Source: Candidatus Poribacteria bacterium | GTDB lineage: Bacteria; Poribacteria; WGA-4E; WGA-3G | Direction: 5' to 3' | NCBI GenBank assembly: GCA_965215265.1 | Contig: OZ244048.1 | Coordinates: forward strand, 4,064,001-4,128,000 | DNA length: 64,000 nt | Shown here: positions 11,748-22,471 of the stretch, piece after piece | Layout of the letters: each line of letters starts with the position of its first letter | Numbering within the stretch: position 1 is the stretch's first letter | The notes under the pieces: generated by a model | Databases searched by the model: none | Told to the model about the DNA's origin: nothing | The model's input: the letters and a program-made list of their open reading frames with translations, nothing else | Position numbers and translations under genes: made by a program

Positions 11748-14700
11748 TTAGGACTCTGGGGTTGTGATAATCAGCCACGTTACCAACTCAAAATCGTTGG
11801 TATCTTTGGGTTTTTTAGATGTGGGGAGCAGTTTAAAGCCGCGTGTGCCGTGAATCCCCATATTTTTGAATTGGGTAGTTGTATGTGCCTTGGTGATATG
11901 AGTGATGACGGTTTCTAACAGATTGTTATAATCTGCCATATTCTCTCCGTTTTGAGTCTCTTTGTCAAATTGGAGACACAACTTTTGCAATGGTTCTCTC
12001 TTTCCGACAGCCGATGCTTCAAACAGGTCTAAGACCTGTTTAGCGTTCGCGCAGCCGTAGCGGATATCACCGTTTTCGCGGATGTAGACTGTGTAGTACG
12101 GATAGATAGGACTCGGTGTCTTTTTCTCTTTATCGGTTGTGACGTTAAGTTGCCGGAGGAGGAAGATGACTCCTGTTTCTGCAAGGTTGTTTCCGTTGTC
12201 TGTGAGTGCGTACGCCCCTTTCGGTATAGATTCTAATTCGGCCCTATTTTTTTCGAGATACTTCAGTAATTGGGTGAAAAAATAATCGAGCGTAAAATCA
12301 CTGAGAACGATGCCGTCGGAGAAATCGTCTAGGTCGAGTACATCTTCGCGCAGTTGCTTCAATTGCTGGTCCCGGAAGTTCAGTTCCATCTGTGCGTGTT
12401 CATACGTGAATTCATTGAACGGATCATCATCGCCGCTTGCTGCTGCGTCTGCTAGGGCCATGCGAGACTCTACGCGAGTTTGTAAGCGTAAATAGATCTC
12501 CATATCTTCCGTGGGCCAATAGTTAATCATGCGTACAGTCTTGTTTCTGCTTCCGATGCGATGGATGCGCCCGAAACGTTGGATGATACGCACCGGGTTC
12601 CAGTGGATGTCGTAGTTGAGCACGGTGTCACAATCCTGCAGATTTTGTCCTTCTGAAATGCAATCTGTGGCAATGAGCAGTTCTATGTCGCCGCTTGTCC
12701 CATCAGTGCGTTCTCGCGCTCGTGGGGCGAAGTTCGTTAAGACGGCGTTGAAGTTGTTTGGTCCGCAGGTAGTCCGCGTCGTATCCCCGGAAACCATGGC
12801 GATGTTCAGTTCTAGTTCTGTCGCGAGAGGTACTAATTCTTCATAAAGGTAAATTGCTGTATCCTTGAAGGTCGTGAAGATTAATAACTTTCGGTTGGGT
12901 TTTCCGTCCTTGTTGAGGGTTGGATTTTGTGCCTTGTCCCGAATATGTTTCTTGATTGCTTCGAGTTTACCGTCTCGTTCTGGGGTAATGGTTTTGACTC
13001 TGTTCCATGCAGCGGTTAAGGTTAGCTTATCCTTGATGAGCTCTTTACTCCAGCGTTTGTAATCCAATTCGCGTAGGTGGTACGGCTGGCGTGCGCGATT
13101 CACGAGGAATTCCTCATCATCTTCGTCGTCATCCGGCAGGATATCAACCAGAGCGTCGGAAATAGTTTGAGTCTGTCTGTAGTGCTCTATTTTTTCCAAC
13201 ATATCATCAATTTTTCGGACTGTCCGTTCAAGCGTTTGTGTAAGCGAATGTGCGGAACTTTCCAACCGTTTGAGAAAGTTGGTCTGCATCATGCCGATGA
13301 GAAACCGTTCCCGGTCTTCCTGATTAAAATGAAATTTCTTTTTCTCTTCTGCCAATCGCTCTTTCGCCGTTTCGCTGATGACGTAGCTGGAAGGTCTATA
13401 GATGGAGAGCGCGAATTCGGAGATCTGATCTGCTAAGTTTTTATAAGAGAGGTTCCCTGTCAAGTCAGTCGGTGGGTGGCAATTTTCCGGTTTCTGTGGG
13501 GTGGGGAATTCACCGATTCGACTCATTTCTTCTGCGTAGAAATTCTTAATATGCCTGCGAGATCTGGCGATCGAGAGCCCGCCGAGCAGTTGGAAGAAAT
13601 CCGGACCGAGTGCCTCCAGCAATTTTACTTTGTCTTTTTTGCCGTTTTTACTTCCGTCTTCTTCCCATTTTTTGAATTCCTTTTGGGCCTGTCGCAGCAT
13701 TGAGCCAATATTGCTGATGCCCAAACTTTCCCGGAAGACATCCTCGCGCTTTTCAGTCATGAGGTAGATTTGGTTGCGAAGGTCAATCAGTGATGTGTTC
13801 ACAGGGGTTGCGGACAGCATCAGCACCTTCGTTTGTGTGCCTTCTTTGATAACCTCCTCCAAAAGTCGTGTGTAGCGACTGTGTCGGATAAAATTCCCTG
13901 CTTTATCACGTGTAGGTTTCGTGTCGTTTCGGAAGTTGTGAGATTCGTCGATCACGACTAGATCAAAGTTGCCCCAATTGAGATTTTCTAGGTTGATGTT
14001 GCCGGATTCGCCGGTGTAGCGAGAGAGGTCGGTATGCGATAGCAGCGTGTAACCGAACTTATCATCGAGGAAAGGATTGGTCTCTTGGGAGTTGTATGCG
14101 GGATAGCGTGCCCAGTTTTCGTTCAGTTTTTTAGGACATAAGACCAGGGCACGCTCGTTTCTCAATTCAAAGAACTTGATAACCGCTAGTGCGGTGTATG
14201 TTTTGCCAAGTCCGACGCTGTCTGCGAGGATGCAGCCGTTGTGTCTTAAGAGGCGGGCGATGACGCTTTTTACGCCCTCTTTCTGGAAGTCATATAACGT
14301 CTGCCAAATTTCGGTATCATATAAATGGGTGTCTTCCAATTGCCGGGCGTTGTTTTTTCTTGATTCTATTTCGTCGCGGAACAGTTCATAGAGCGTCTTA
14401 AAATAGATGAGCTCTGGCGCGTAGTCTGTCCCGAGCCGGGCCAGTTCTGCAAGTACCTCTGCTTTAACGTCTCTGACTGATTTTTGGTCATTCCAGATTT
14501 CATCAAACCAAGCTTTTAGATCGCGGCAATCATTGGCACCGTCTACGACGAGATTAAGTTCAATGTTATTGCCATGGGGGCTCAGTCCGAGGCCATGCAT
14601 GGTAAAATTGGAACTGCCGATAGTGGCTTTCTGCCCACTGTTCGTGTTGATGTGATACATTTTCCCGTGGAGTAGATTTGATTCGCGTGTAGAACGGATT

Positions 14701-15041
14701 TCAACCTTCTGTTTTATCCATTCGGCACATGCTTTCGCGATAGGCTTCTGTTGTAGCTGCTGGTTAAGTTCTAATCCTTCGTCCACAATTTTGAAGGCTT
14801 TTTTGTCTGTCGCGTTCGGGTCGAGGCTTCTGATAAAGTCGGGTTCTCCAAACAAAAACTGGAGTTTTTGGATACCGTTGAGAGTTTCTTTTAGCGCGTC
14901 AAAGGCGTAAATTGTAAAGTACGCCGAAATAATAGAGAGCGAGGAACCTGTCTCTATTTCCTGAGTCAGAAAGTTTGCAACGGTTCCACGTGCATGGTTA
15001 TCCCGGATCCGAGACTTAAAAGAGGACATGTGATTTGACAT
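11748..15041 (-). CDS. SNF2-family helicase with N-terminal PLD-like nuclease domain (RM-associated)
   Basis: HGKMY...GSSNFT; LADSVGLGKT, IDESHNFRN, LSATP, SEGQNLQ, QRFGR. Confidence 0.9.
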   Translation of the reverse strand: MSNHMSSFKSRIRDNHARGTVANFLTQEIETGSSLSIISAYFTIYAFDALKETLNGIQKLQFLFGEPDFIRSLDPNATDKKAFKIVDEGLELNQQLQQKPIAKACAEWIKQKVEIRSTRESNLLHGKMYHINTNSGQKATIGSSNFTMHGLGLSPHGNNIELNLVVDGANDCRDLKAWFDEIWNDQKSVRDVKAEVLAELARLGTDYAPELIYFKTLYELFRDEIESRKNNARQLEDTHLYDTEIWQTLYDFQKEGVKSVIARLLRHNGCILADSVGLGKTYTALAVIKFFELRNERALVLCPKKLNENWARYPAYNSQETNPFLDDKFGYTLLSHTDLSRYTGESGNINLENLNWGNFDLVVIDESHNFRNDTKPTRDKAGNFIRHSRYTRLLEEVIKEGTQTKVLMLSATPVNTSLIDLRNQIYLMTEKREDVFRESLGISNIGSMLRQAQKEFKKWEEDGSKNGKKDKVKLLEALGPDFFQLLGGLSIARSRRHIKNFYAEEMSRIGEFPTPQKPENCHPPTDLTGNLSYKNLADQISEFALSIYRPSSYVISETAKERLAEEKKKFHFNQEDRERFLIGMMQTNFLKRLESSAHSLTQTLERTVRKIDDMLEKIEHYRQTQTISDALVDILPDDDEDDEEFLVNRARQPYHLRELDYKRWSKELIKDKLTLTAAWNRVKTITPERDGKLEAIKKHIRDKAQNPTLNKDGKPNRKLLIFTTFKDTAIYLYEELVPLATELELNIAMVSGDTTRTTCGPNNFNAVLTNFAPRARERTDGTSGDIELLIATDCISEGQNLQDCDTVLNYDIHWNPVRIIQRFGRIHRIGSRNKTVRMINYWPTEDMEIYLRLQTRVESRMALADAAASGDDDPFNEFTYEHAQMELNFRDQQLKQLREDVLDLDDFSDGIVLSDFTLDYFFTQLLKYLEKNRAELESIPKGAYALTDNGNNLAETGVIFLLRQLNVTTDKEKKTPSPIYPYYTVYIRENGDIRYGCANAKQVLDLFEASAVGKREPLQKLCLQFDKETQNGENMADYNNLLETVITHITKAHTTTQFKNMGIHGTRGFKLLPTSKKPKDTNDFELVTWLIITTPES

Positions 15042-15121
15042 GATTGGCTTTGGAATGAAACGTTATAGGATTAAATTAGCAGAAGACCTATTGATATAAA
15101 CAGTTGCAGTGTGTGCGTTTA

Positions 15122-16168
15122 TTATGTCACGGTCCAGATTTCACCGGTATTCAATAGTGCTTCTAGGTTAGCTTCACCCATGCGTTCCTTAGCGAATTGA
15201 ATCTGATCTGTCATTAGTTCTTCGTAGCACGGCTGCTCTACACTGCGGAAAATCCCGACAGGATGTGGCATACCGGGCGTATCACTCATCCGTGCTAGGA
15301 AGTTGGCTAACGTTGTATTCTCGACGTACCGGTCGTGGACGATGAGCTCATCGGCTGTATAATTCCCGTTTGTGATTTCGACAACTTCCGGTTGGAATCC
15401 GTTCAAGCGAATCCCTTTATTGCTTTCGTCTCCAAAAACCAGGGGTTCTCCGTGTTCGAGAAATACGGTGTTTTCGGCCTTCGTGACTTTTTCAGTATAG
15501 AGGAAGAAAGTCTTGTCGTTGAATACATGGCAATTTTGATAAATTTCGATGAATGCAGTGCCTTTATGTTGATGCGCTTCTTTAATCACGGTGCGAAGAT
15601 GGTCGGGATCCCGGTCTAAAGAGCGTGCGACAAACGTGGCACCGGATGCCAAAGCGAGGCTAATCGGATTAAAAGGTGTCTCTAAGGAGCCGAGGGGTGT
15701 TGACTTCGTCTTTTTCCCTTGCTCTGATGTAGGTGAATATTGTCCTTTTGTCAGTCCGTAGATACGGTTGTTAAAGAGGAGTACGTTAATGTCGAAATTG
15801 CGTCGCATCAAGTGGATAAAATGATTGCCGCCGATAGAGAGTGCATCGCCATCGCCAGTGATAACCCATACAGATAGTTCTGGATTGGCAATTTTCACGC
15901 CGGATGCTATGGTGGGTGCCCTACCGTGAATGGTATGAAACCCGTAAGTGTTCATATAGTATGGGAACCGGCTGGAGCATCCAATTCCGGAGATAAAGAC
16001 GATATTTTCTCTGGGGATGCCCAATTCGGGCATAATGCGTTGTGTCTGTGCGAGTATTGAGTAATCCCCACAGCCGGGGCACCAGCGTACATCTTGGTCA
16101 GACTTAAAGTCCTTTTGGGTGAGGGTAGGAACTCCTTTCGGAATTATTTCTCTATTTCTATTTTTCAT
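15122..16168 (-). CDS. korB: 2-oxoacid:ferredoxin oxidoreductase beta subunit
   Basis: WCPGCGD, GIGCSSR, GDGDALSIGGNH. Confidence 0.93.
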   Translation of the reverse strand: MKNRNREIIPKGVPTLTQKDFKSDQDVRWCPGCGDYSILAQTQRIMPELGIPRENIVFISGIGCSSRFPYYMNTYGFHTIHGRAPTIASGVKIANPELSVWVITGDGDALSIGGNHFIHLMRRNFDINVLLFNNRIYGLTKGQYSPTSEQGKKTKSTPLGSLETPFNPISLALASGATFVARSLDRDPDHLRTVIKEAHQHKGTAFIEIYQNCHVFNDKTFFLYTEKVTKAENTVFLEHGEPLVFGDESNKGIRLNGFQPEVVEITNGNYTADELIVHDRYVENTTLANFLARMSDTPGMPHPVGIFRSVEQPCYEELMTDQIQFAKERMGEANLEALLNTGEIWTVT

Positions 16169-16185
16169 CTCCGTCTCCGTGACAA

Positions 16186-18024
16186 CTAAAGCAATTCGTT
16201 AATTTTCCTTTCCAATTCAAAAACTTGGAAGGGTTGTCCTTGAACCTTATTACAGCCAATTGTATCTATTAAATAAGTACTCCGGATCAATTGTCGAAGC
16301 TGCCCGCTGTTTAGCTCAGGAATTAAAACCTTTCTGAACCTGCGGAGTAGCGCCCCTAAATCATTTGGAAATGGATTGAGGTGCCGGAGATGGGCATGGG
16401 CGACAGGTTCGCCGGCATCGACGCATTGTTCGACGGCACTCCGGATTGCCCCGTATGTGCTCCCCCATCCGAGGATGAGGAGTTCGCCCTCGTCAGGTCC
16501 GAAGAGTTCAGTGTGTGGGATGTCAGCGGCGATTCCAGCAACCTTCTTGGCTCTGATATTGACCATTTTTTCGTGATTCTCGGCATCATAACTGACATGC
16601 CCGGTAACATCAGATTTTTCAAGTCCTCCGATGCGGTGTTCAAATCCGGGTGTTCCGGGCTTTGCCCATGGACGTGCAAGGGTTTCGGCATCCCGGTGGT
16701 ACGGTTCAAAGCCGTTCAAAACAGCGGATGGCTCGACAAAATTGGGTTTGATGTCAGGCAATTCGGATATCTTTGGGATTTTCCAGGGCTCGGCCCCGAG
16801 GGCAATGTAGAGATCAGAGAGAAAGATGACCGGTGTTCTGTATTTCACGGCAATGCGGCATGCTTCGTAAACTGTGTCGAAACAGTCCCAGGGGCGTGCA
16901 GGCGCGACGATAGGGATAGGCGATTCCCCGTTCCGTCCATAAAACATTTGCAAGAGGTCTGACTGTTCGGTTTTTGTGGGCATCCCTGTTGAGGGCCCGG
17001 CTCTCTGGATATTGCATATAACGAGGGGGAGCTCAGCAATCATAGCCAGATTGATTGCTTCAGATTTGAGAGCGAGTCCCGGGCCGCTGCTACCTGTGAC
17101 ACCGAGTGCGCCGCTGAAGGCAGCCCCGATTGCAACCCCGACAGCGGCGATTTCATCCTCCATCTGCATCGTTACTACGCCAAAATTCCGGTATTGAGCG
17201 AGCCCATGGAGAATGTCGCTTGCAGGGGTTATCGGATAGCTACCGTAAACGAGAGATAAGCCGGACTGGTGCGAAGCAGCCACTAAGCCGAGCACCGTTG
17301 CCATGTTACCTTCAATATTCCTATAGGTACCGGGTGAAAAGACCGCGGGTTTCACTTGGTATGACGTTACAAACTGTTCAGTCGCCTCACAATAGATATT
17401 GCCTGCCCGGAGTGCGAGGATGTTCGCCTCAATATACTGCGGCTTTGTGGCGAATTTTGTCTTTATCCACTTCATCGTATATTCCATGGAGCGATTATAG
17501 AGCCACAGTATCATTCCGAGTGCGAAGAAATTCTTGCATCGGTCAATTTCGCGTGTAGAGAGCTCGGTTGTTTCAAGCGCTTTACGAGTCAGTGCTGTTA
17601 GATCTACAGGGAAGACCTGATATTTTGTAAGGGAGTCATCTTTGAGCGGGTCGCTCTCATATCCGGCGAGTCGCAAATTTCGCCGTGCGAAATTATCGGA
17701 ATTGACGATAAGAATCCCGTTAGGTTTGAGTTTATCTAGGTGAACTTTTAAGGCGGCGGGATTCATTGCGACGAGCACGTCACAGTAATCCCCGGGTGTG
17801 TGAATCTGCTGGCTTGAGAAGTGGAGTTGAAAGCCGGAAACCCCTGCTAATGAGCCTGCGGGCGCTCGGATTTCTGCGGGGTAATCAGGCAAAGTTGCGA
17901 CATCGTTGCCAATCAGGGCAGTCGTCTCAGTCATTTGAGTGCCAATTGTCTGCGACCCGTCGCCGGAGTCCCCGGCAAACAGGAGAGTCGCTTCCTCAAT
18001 TTGCGATACTGGCTTACGCATCAC
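16186..18024 (-). CDS. korA: 2-oxoacid:ferredoxin oxidoreductase alpha subunit
   Basis: AGDSGDG, YPITPAS, EDEIAA, QRAGPSTGMPTK. Confidence 0.93.
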   Translation of the reverse strand: MMRKPVSQIEEATLLFAGDSGDGSQTIGTQMTETTALIGNDVATLPDYPAEIRAPAGSLAGVSGFQLHFSSQQIHTPGDYCDVLVAMNPAALKVHLDKLKPNGILIVNSDNFARRNLRLAGYESDPLKDDSLTKYQVFPVDLTALTRKALETTELSTREIDRCKNFFALGMILWLYNRSMEYTMKWIKTKFATKPQYIEANILALRAGNIYCEATEQFVTSYQVKPAVFSPGTYRNIEGNMATVLGLVAASHQSGLSLVYGSYPITPASDILHGLAQYRNFGVVTMQMEDEIAAVGVAIGAAFSGALGVTGSSGPGLALKSEAINLAMIAELPLVICNIQRAGPSTGMPTKTEQSDLLQMFYGRNGESPIPIVAPARPWDCFDTVYEACRIAVKYRTPVIFLSDLYIALGAEPWKIPKISELPDIKPNFVEPSAVLNGFEPYHRDAETLARPWAKPGTPGFEHRIGGLEKSDVTGHVSYDAENHEKMVNIRAKKVAGIAADIPHTELFGPDEGELLILGWGSTYGAIRSAVEQCVDAGEPVAHAHLRHLNPFPNDLGALLRRFRKVLIPELNSGQLRQLIRSTYLIDTIGCNKVQGQPFQVFELERKINELL

Positions 18025-18064
18025 AATCGGTTCCTTCCGTAGAACGGGGATAAAATTATATAGA

Positions 18065-18601
18065 TTAAGCCCCCTCGCGGGCTTTCATTGCATCTCGAAT
18101 AGGTGTCGGCGGTAACGTTAGGACTTCCTGCGGAAAACTCTCAACGAGATGTGAAATGACATCACGAATGGAAACCATGCCGATGGGCTGGTTGTGTTCA
18201 TTGATAATAGGCAGATGTCGGTATCCGCCGCGCGCCATATAGAGGATTGCAGTATCCAGCGAATCCTCTTCGCGTGCGGTTTGTGGCTGGGCTATCATGA
18301 ACTGCTCAACGCCGATTTCCTCAAGACTTCCAACGGTTTTGTTGAATATTTTACGGAGCACGTCTCGTTCGCTAAAAATTCCACAGAGCTGATTATTCGC
18401 ATCGACAATAGGGGCTGCGCCAATCTTATGATGTAGCAGTAAGTCTATCGCGTTCTGGGTGCTGCTGTGGAGTTCAATTGTGATAGGCGGGCGCATGAGT
18501 GCCCGGAGCGGTATTTGGATTTCCAGCGCGTTCCATGCCCGGAGTGCTGCGTCCTGCTCCATCTGTTCTAATTCTTCATCAATTGCTAAGTCGTACAGCA
18601 T
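18065..18601 (-). CDS. CBS domain protein
   Basis: GIFSERDVL, GGYRHLP, GMVSIRD. Confidence 0.88.
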   Translation of the reverse strand: MLYDLAIDEELEQMEQDAALRAWNALEIQIPLRALMRPPITIELHSSTQNAIDLLLHHKIGAAPIVDANNQLCGIFSERDVLRKIFNKTVGSLEEIGVEQFMIAQPQTAREEDSLDTAILYMARGGYRHLPIINEHNQPIGMVSIRDVISHLVESFPQEVLTLPPTPIRDAMKAREGA

Positions 18602-18603
18602 GG

Positions 18604-19041
18604 CTACGTCTCCGCCCCCTGATTCTGAATAAAAATTGCGACATGGTTTAGAATATCGTGCGTTGAAATTAAACCGACTGGATAGGCATCGCCCTGGTCA
18701 TCCCAGACGCAGAGCGGTACGTGCCGAAAATGCCCGAGGTGCATTAGATTTAAGGCGAACGCGATGGAATCACTCGCACGCAGGACTTCGGGTGAATCTG
18801 TCATCACCGTTTCAACGAGGGTTTCCTCAGGCGCTAACTGCCGCCCGATAACGTGAAAAAGCAGATCGCGCTCCGTGATAATGCCAATCAGACGTTGGGA
18901 CTCGTCAACGACGAGAACACACCCAAACCCACCCCCCTGCATTGCGGTTATGACTTCTGAAACAGGAGAGCCAATTTGCACAGTGGTAGGTTGGTTATAA
19001 TTGATTGTGCTAATCGGTAGAGACAACATCCTCGCGTCCAT
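18604..19041 (-). CDS. CBS domain protein
   Basis: GIITERDL, GHFRHVP, GLISTHD. Confidence 0.88.
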   Translation of the reverse strand: MDARMLSLPISTINYNQPTTVQIGSPVSEVITAMQGGGFGCVLVVDESQRLIGIITERDLLFHVIGRQLAPEETLVETVMTDSPEVLRASDSIAFALNLMHLGHFRHVPLCVWDDQGDAYPVGLISTHDILNHVAIFIQNQGAET

Positions 19042-19405
19042 CGCTAGACTTCCTTAAATATAACGTTTAAAAACAGTGGAGAGTTTCTTATAACTTCATT
19101 TTTAAGTATACCACAATTTCGGTGAGTTTGCAAGGAAAATGTAAAATTAACCTGAATTTGATATAACCGAAGCGAGTTTGCTAGCAACAAGTGCTGTTGG
19201 ATATGCTCATTTTCGTGAAAACCGTTTCGAAACGCGTCCACCCGTGCCAGCAAAACCGTCTCAACTTTGAGGTGAATTGGGTGTGGCGTGAGGGAAAGCA
19301 ACCTGCGCTAACTGCGAGACACAAGAGGCGTTTACGCCTATGCAAAATCTTGTTAACCCGTAGCTGCTTGCGTCAGAGGGACGTTGAATTTCGCTAAGGT
19401 CACCG

Positions 19406-20347
19406 TTACAAAACCAAGGTGGGGGCACGCGAGGTTGGAGAGCCCCAGCCGGGCACGACGATAGTCCATCGTCCAGCAGGTCCGCCTGCTACCAAAATCA
19501 ACAGTTCTTCAGGGTTGTACTGCTGTGTCTGTTCAGAAATATAACGTTGTATGTCTGTTCTGCTAAAACCGTCGTCAGAGATTGTCCGTGCGTGTTCAAT
19601 GCCGACTACTAATAAGGTTTCGCCGCCACTGTTGCCGGGTGCTGTCAGGTTATGAGAGATAATGTTGAGGATCCCTTCTGCTGTGTTGCTAGCGTGGTCA
19701 TTGACGCTTTGCGGGCCGGCACCTGCAAAGACGGTCACGGTGCTTTCGGCTGCTGAGAAGCCCCGTTCTACGTGAAAGGGGGGCCACGGACTTTCAGCTT
19801 CATTTTCAGCAATACAGCATGTATATTTTCCAGGGTGCCCGAAAGCAGCACGGTCCAGTTCGCCGGGCAATGCCCCGCCGATATTGGTACAGACGAGTCT
19901 CACAGCACGTCCAATGGTAGCGTTTGCTCGCCAACCTTGTCCGAAGAGATTAAAACCGCTGTTAATTTCTAACCGTTCCCGGATCGGCCCATTAATAACA
20001 AGCATCGGTGCGACATGTGAGGTGGTAACCTGAACGCCATGGAGATTAAACTGTTCAGTGCACATGGCTTCTACAGTTTTGAGGACAATTGGTAAATATT
20101 GGGGGCGACATCCAGCCATCACAGCGTTAATCGCCACTTTTTCAACGGTAGCTCTTCCCCACTTCGGTGGTATAGCAGCTATGAGTTCATCAGGGTTCCG
20201 GTGCGTGCCGCCGAGCATTCGTGCAACGCGCGCCGGTGTGGGCGGGACAACAGGGAGCCCATCTGTCCAACCGTTTTGATAACAGAACTCAATCGCATCT
20301 TCGGTTTCATTAATGTCTACGTGTGTAGATTGCCATTGATATGTCAT
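19406..20347 (-). CDS. Conserved hypothetical protein (GWTDGLPVVPPT family)
   Basis: GWTDGLPVVPPT, KVAINAVMAGC, RANATIGRA, AENEAESPW. Confidence 0.7.
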   Translation of the reverse strand: MTYQWQSTHVDINETEDAIEFCYQNGWTDGLPVVPPTPARVARMLGGTHRNPDELIAAIPPKWGRATVEKVAINAVMAGCRPQYLPIVLKTVEAMCTEQFNLHGVQVTTSHVAPMLVINGPIRERLEINSGFNLFGQGWRANATIGRAVRLVCTNIGGALPGELDRAAFGHPGKYTCCIAENEAESPWPPFHVERGFSAAESTVTVFAGAGPQSVNDHASNTAEGILNIISHNLTAPGNSGGETLLVVGIEHARTISDDGFSRTDIQRYISEQTQQYNPEELLILVAGGPAGRWTIVVPGWGSPTSRAPTLVL

Positions 20348-20440
20348 ACGGGTTCCTTAGGGTATTCGTCTTATGTCTGCTTGTACGAAAAAAAATCCGC
20401 GTTTAGTAGACGTACTGTTCTTCAACATTGGGTTTCCATT

Positions 20441-21238
20441 TTATCCGACGGACATTCCCATGCGTCCGCCATCGACGTGGAGGGTTTGCCCTGTGATGTA
20501 AGATGCATCGTCGCTGAGGAGAAAGGCGATGACGGCGGCGACCTCTTCTGGTCTGGCGCGACGTTTCATGATGCATGAATTAATTGCGCTCTCCTCCAAT
20601 TCCTTCTTTCGTGCGGCGGGGTTAGGTGCATTGCCGAAGTGCATTTCGGTAACTATCCAGCCCGGTGCGACTGCATTGACGCGGATGCCGTAGTCAACGA
20701 ATTCGGCTGCCATGGTCTTAGTGAGTGACACCACTCCAGCTTTAATGGCATCGTATACCCACTGGCCGGGTCTGCCGAGGAAACCGCCTTCTGACGAGAT
20801 ATTGACGATAGCCCCGCCGTCCTGTTTTAAGAATGGCAAAAGAATTTGTGTTATGAGTGCCCATCCTCGGAGGCCGATGGCGGTTTCGGGTTCCCAATTT
20901 TCAATCCATTTTCCCTCTTCAATTTTACCGGTTCTCAAGATTGCGGCGTTGTTAACCAGCATGTGTAGTGCAGTCACCTGTTCGGCGGTGGCGCGTCCTA
21001 CAGTTCTGACAGCCTCATCGTCGGCGAGGTTTACTTCCAAGTAAGTCGCTTTGCCGCCAGCATCCTCAATTTTAGAGACTGTCTCACGTGCGAGTGGGGC
21101 GTTATTGTCTACGATGATGACCCGTGCGCCTTCAGCGGCTAAACGGCTTGCGGTTGCTCGCCCGATGCCGGAGGCACCGCCGGTGACCAAGGCATTCTGA
21201 TTCTTAAAGCGCGTCATAGCCGAGGGGTTTGTGGGCAT
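20441..21238 (-). CDS. SDR family oxidoreductase
   Basis: TGGASGIG, NNAA, YDAIK (YxxxK), VNAVAPG. Confidence 0.92.
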   Translation of the reverse strand: MPTNPSAMTRFKNQNALVTGGASGIGRATASRLAAEGARVIIVDNNAPLARETVSKIEDAGGKATYLEVNLADDEAVRTVGRATAEQVTALHMLVNNAAILRTGKIEEGKWIENWEPETAIGLRGWALITQILLPFLKQDGGAIVNISSEGGFLGRPGQWVYDAIKAGVVSLTKTMAAEFVDYGIRVNAVAPGWIVTEMHFGNAPNPAARKKELEESAINSCIMKRRARPEEVAAVIAFLLSDDASYITGQTLHVDGGRMGMSVG

Positions 21239-21508
21239 TCTCTGTGTCTCCTTTCGCTTGTAGTGTCGGTGTGCATCTTTTCCTTAGTTTTCCTCAAAAC
21301 TGATTTCTTCACGCATTTTTCATTATACTGCAACCTCCAAAATTTTCGCAACATTTTTCGAGGCATCAGAATCGTTTTTTTTTGTTGTGTAATTCACGCG
21401 CTTCTGCTAATATATCCAAGGAGTGGTGAAACGGTGGTTTCGTCTGTGTTGTGTAGGAAAAAAACGTAGCATCATACGACAAACTAGATAGCCGTATTGA
21501 GAGGAGAT

Positions 21509-22471
21509 ATGACATCTGTTACATTTCAAGGCATTGTTTTAGCAAGGAGCATTGTAGGAAATTTTTTAAAACCGACTCCTTTAATCCATTATCCGGAATT
21601 ATCGAAGCGACTTGGCTTTGAGGCGTATATCAAACACGAAAACCATCTGCCGACCGGTTGTTTTAAGGTGCGAGGTGGCTTGAATTTTATGCATCTCTTA
21701 CCTACAGTACAACGTAAATTAGGCGTTGTTACTGCGACGCGTGGGAACCATGGGCAGTCCATTGCTTACGCAGGCAGGCAGTTCGGTGTCAAAACCACTG
21801 TCGTTGTACCGCACGGTAACAATCCCGAAAAAAACAGTGCGATGCATGCTTATGGTGCTGAGCTCATTGAACACGGTGCGGATTTTGACGAGGCCCGCGA
21901 GTATTGTGAGACACTTCAAGCGGAGCGGGGGCTCTATTATGTGCATCCATGTTTGGAACCGGCGCTCTTCCACGGTGTCGGTACCTATTCAGTAGAGATT
22001 TTTGAAAGTCTGCCGGATGTAGATGCGATTATCGTCCCTATTGGTGGTGGGAGCGGTTGCTGTGGGGCAATCACCGTCGCCAAGGCGATTAATCCGAATG
22101 CTGCTATTATCGGCGTTCAAGCCGAAAATGCCCCGGCTATCTACCGCTCGTGGAAGGTAGGGCGGCATATAGAAACCGATTCGTGCAATACGGTAGCAGA
22201 TGGGCTTGCAACGCGCGTGCCGTTTACGCTACCTTTTTCAATTATTAAGGATGGCGTTAGCGACATTGTTTTGCTCAGTGAGACAGAAATTCTCGAAGGC
22301 ATCCGAGCGGCCCTCCGATGGACACATAACTTGGCAGAAGGTGCCGGTGCTGCGGCGATAGCGGCTGCCCATAAACTTACGCAGCGGCTTGCCGGCAAAA
22401 ACGTCGTTATGGTGATGAGTGGTGGCAATTTAGATACTGACACGCTGACTTCAGTCTTAGCCGGTGCCTAA
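21509..22471 (+). CDS. Threonine/serine dehydratase (PLP-dependent)
   Basis: KHENHLPTGCFKVRG, TRGNHG, PIGGGSG, SGGN. Confidence 0.88.
   Translation: MTSVTFQGIVLARSIVGNFLKPTPLIHYPELSKRLGFEAYIKHENHLPTGCFKVRGGLNFMHLLPTVQRKLGVVTATRGNHGQSIAYAGRQFGVKTTVVVPHGNNPEKNSAMHAYGAELIEHGADFDEAREYCETLQAERGLYYVHPCLEPALFHGVGTYSVEIFESLPDVDAIIVPIGGGSGCCGAITVAKAINPNAAIIGVQAENAPAIYRSWKVGRHIETDSCNTVADGLATRVPFTLPFSIIKDGVSDIVLLSETEILEGIRAALRWTHNLAEGAGAAAIAAAHKLTQRLAGKNVVMVMSGGNLDTDTLTSVLAGA

Noticed and set aside
19044-19397. Short ORFs upstream of the CBS genes and other antisense ORFs
   Set aside because: No motifs; probably regulatory DNA or shadows of real genes
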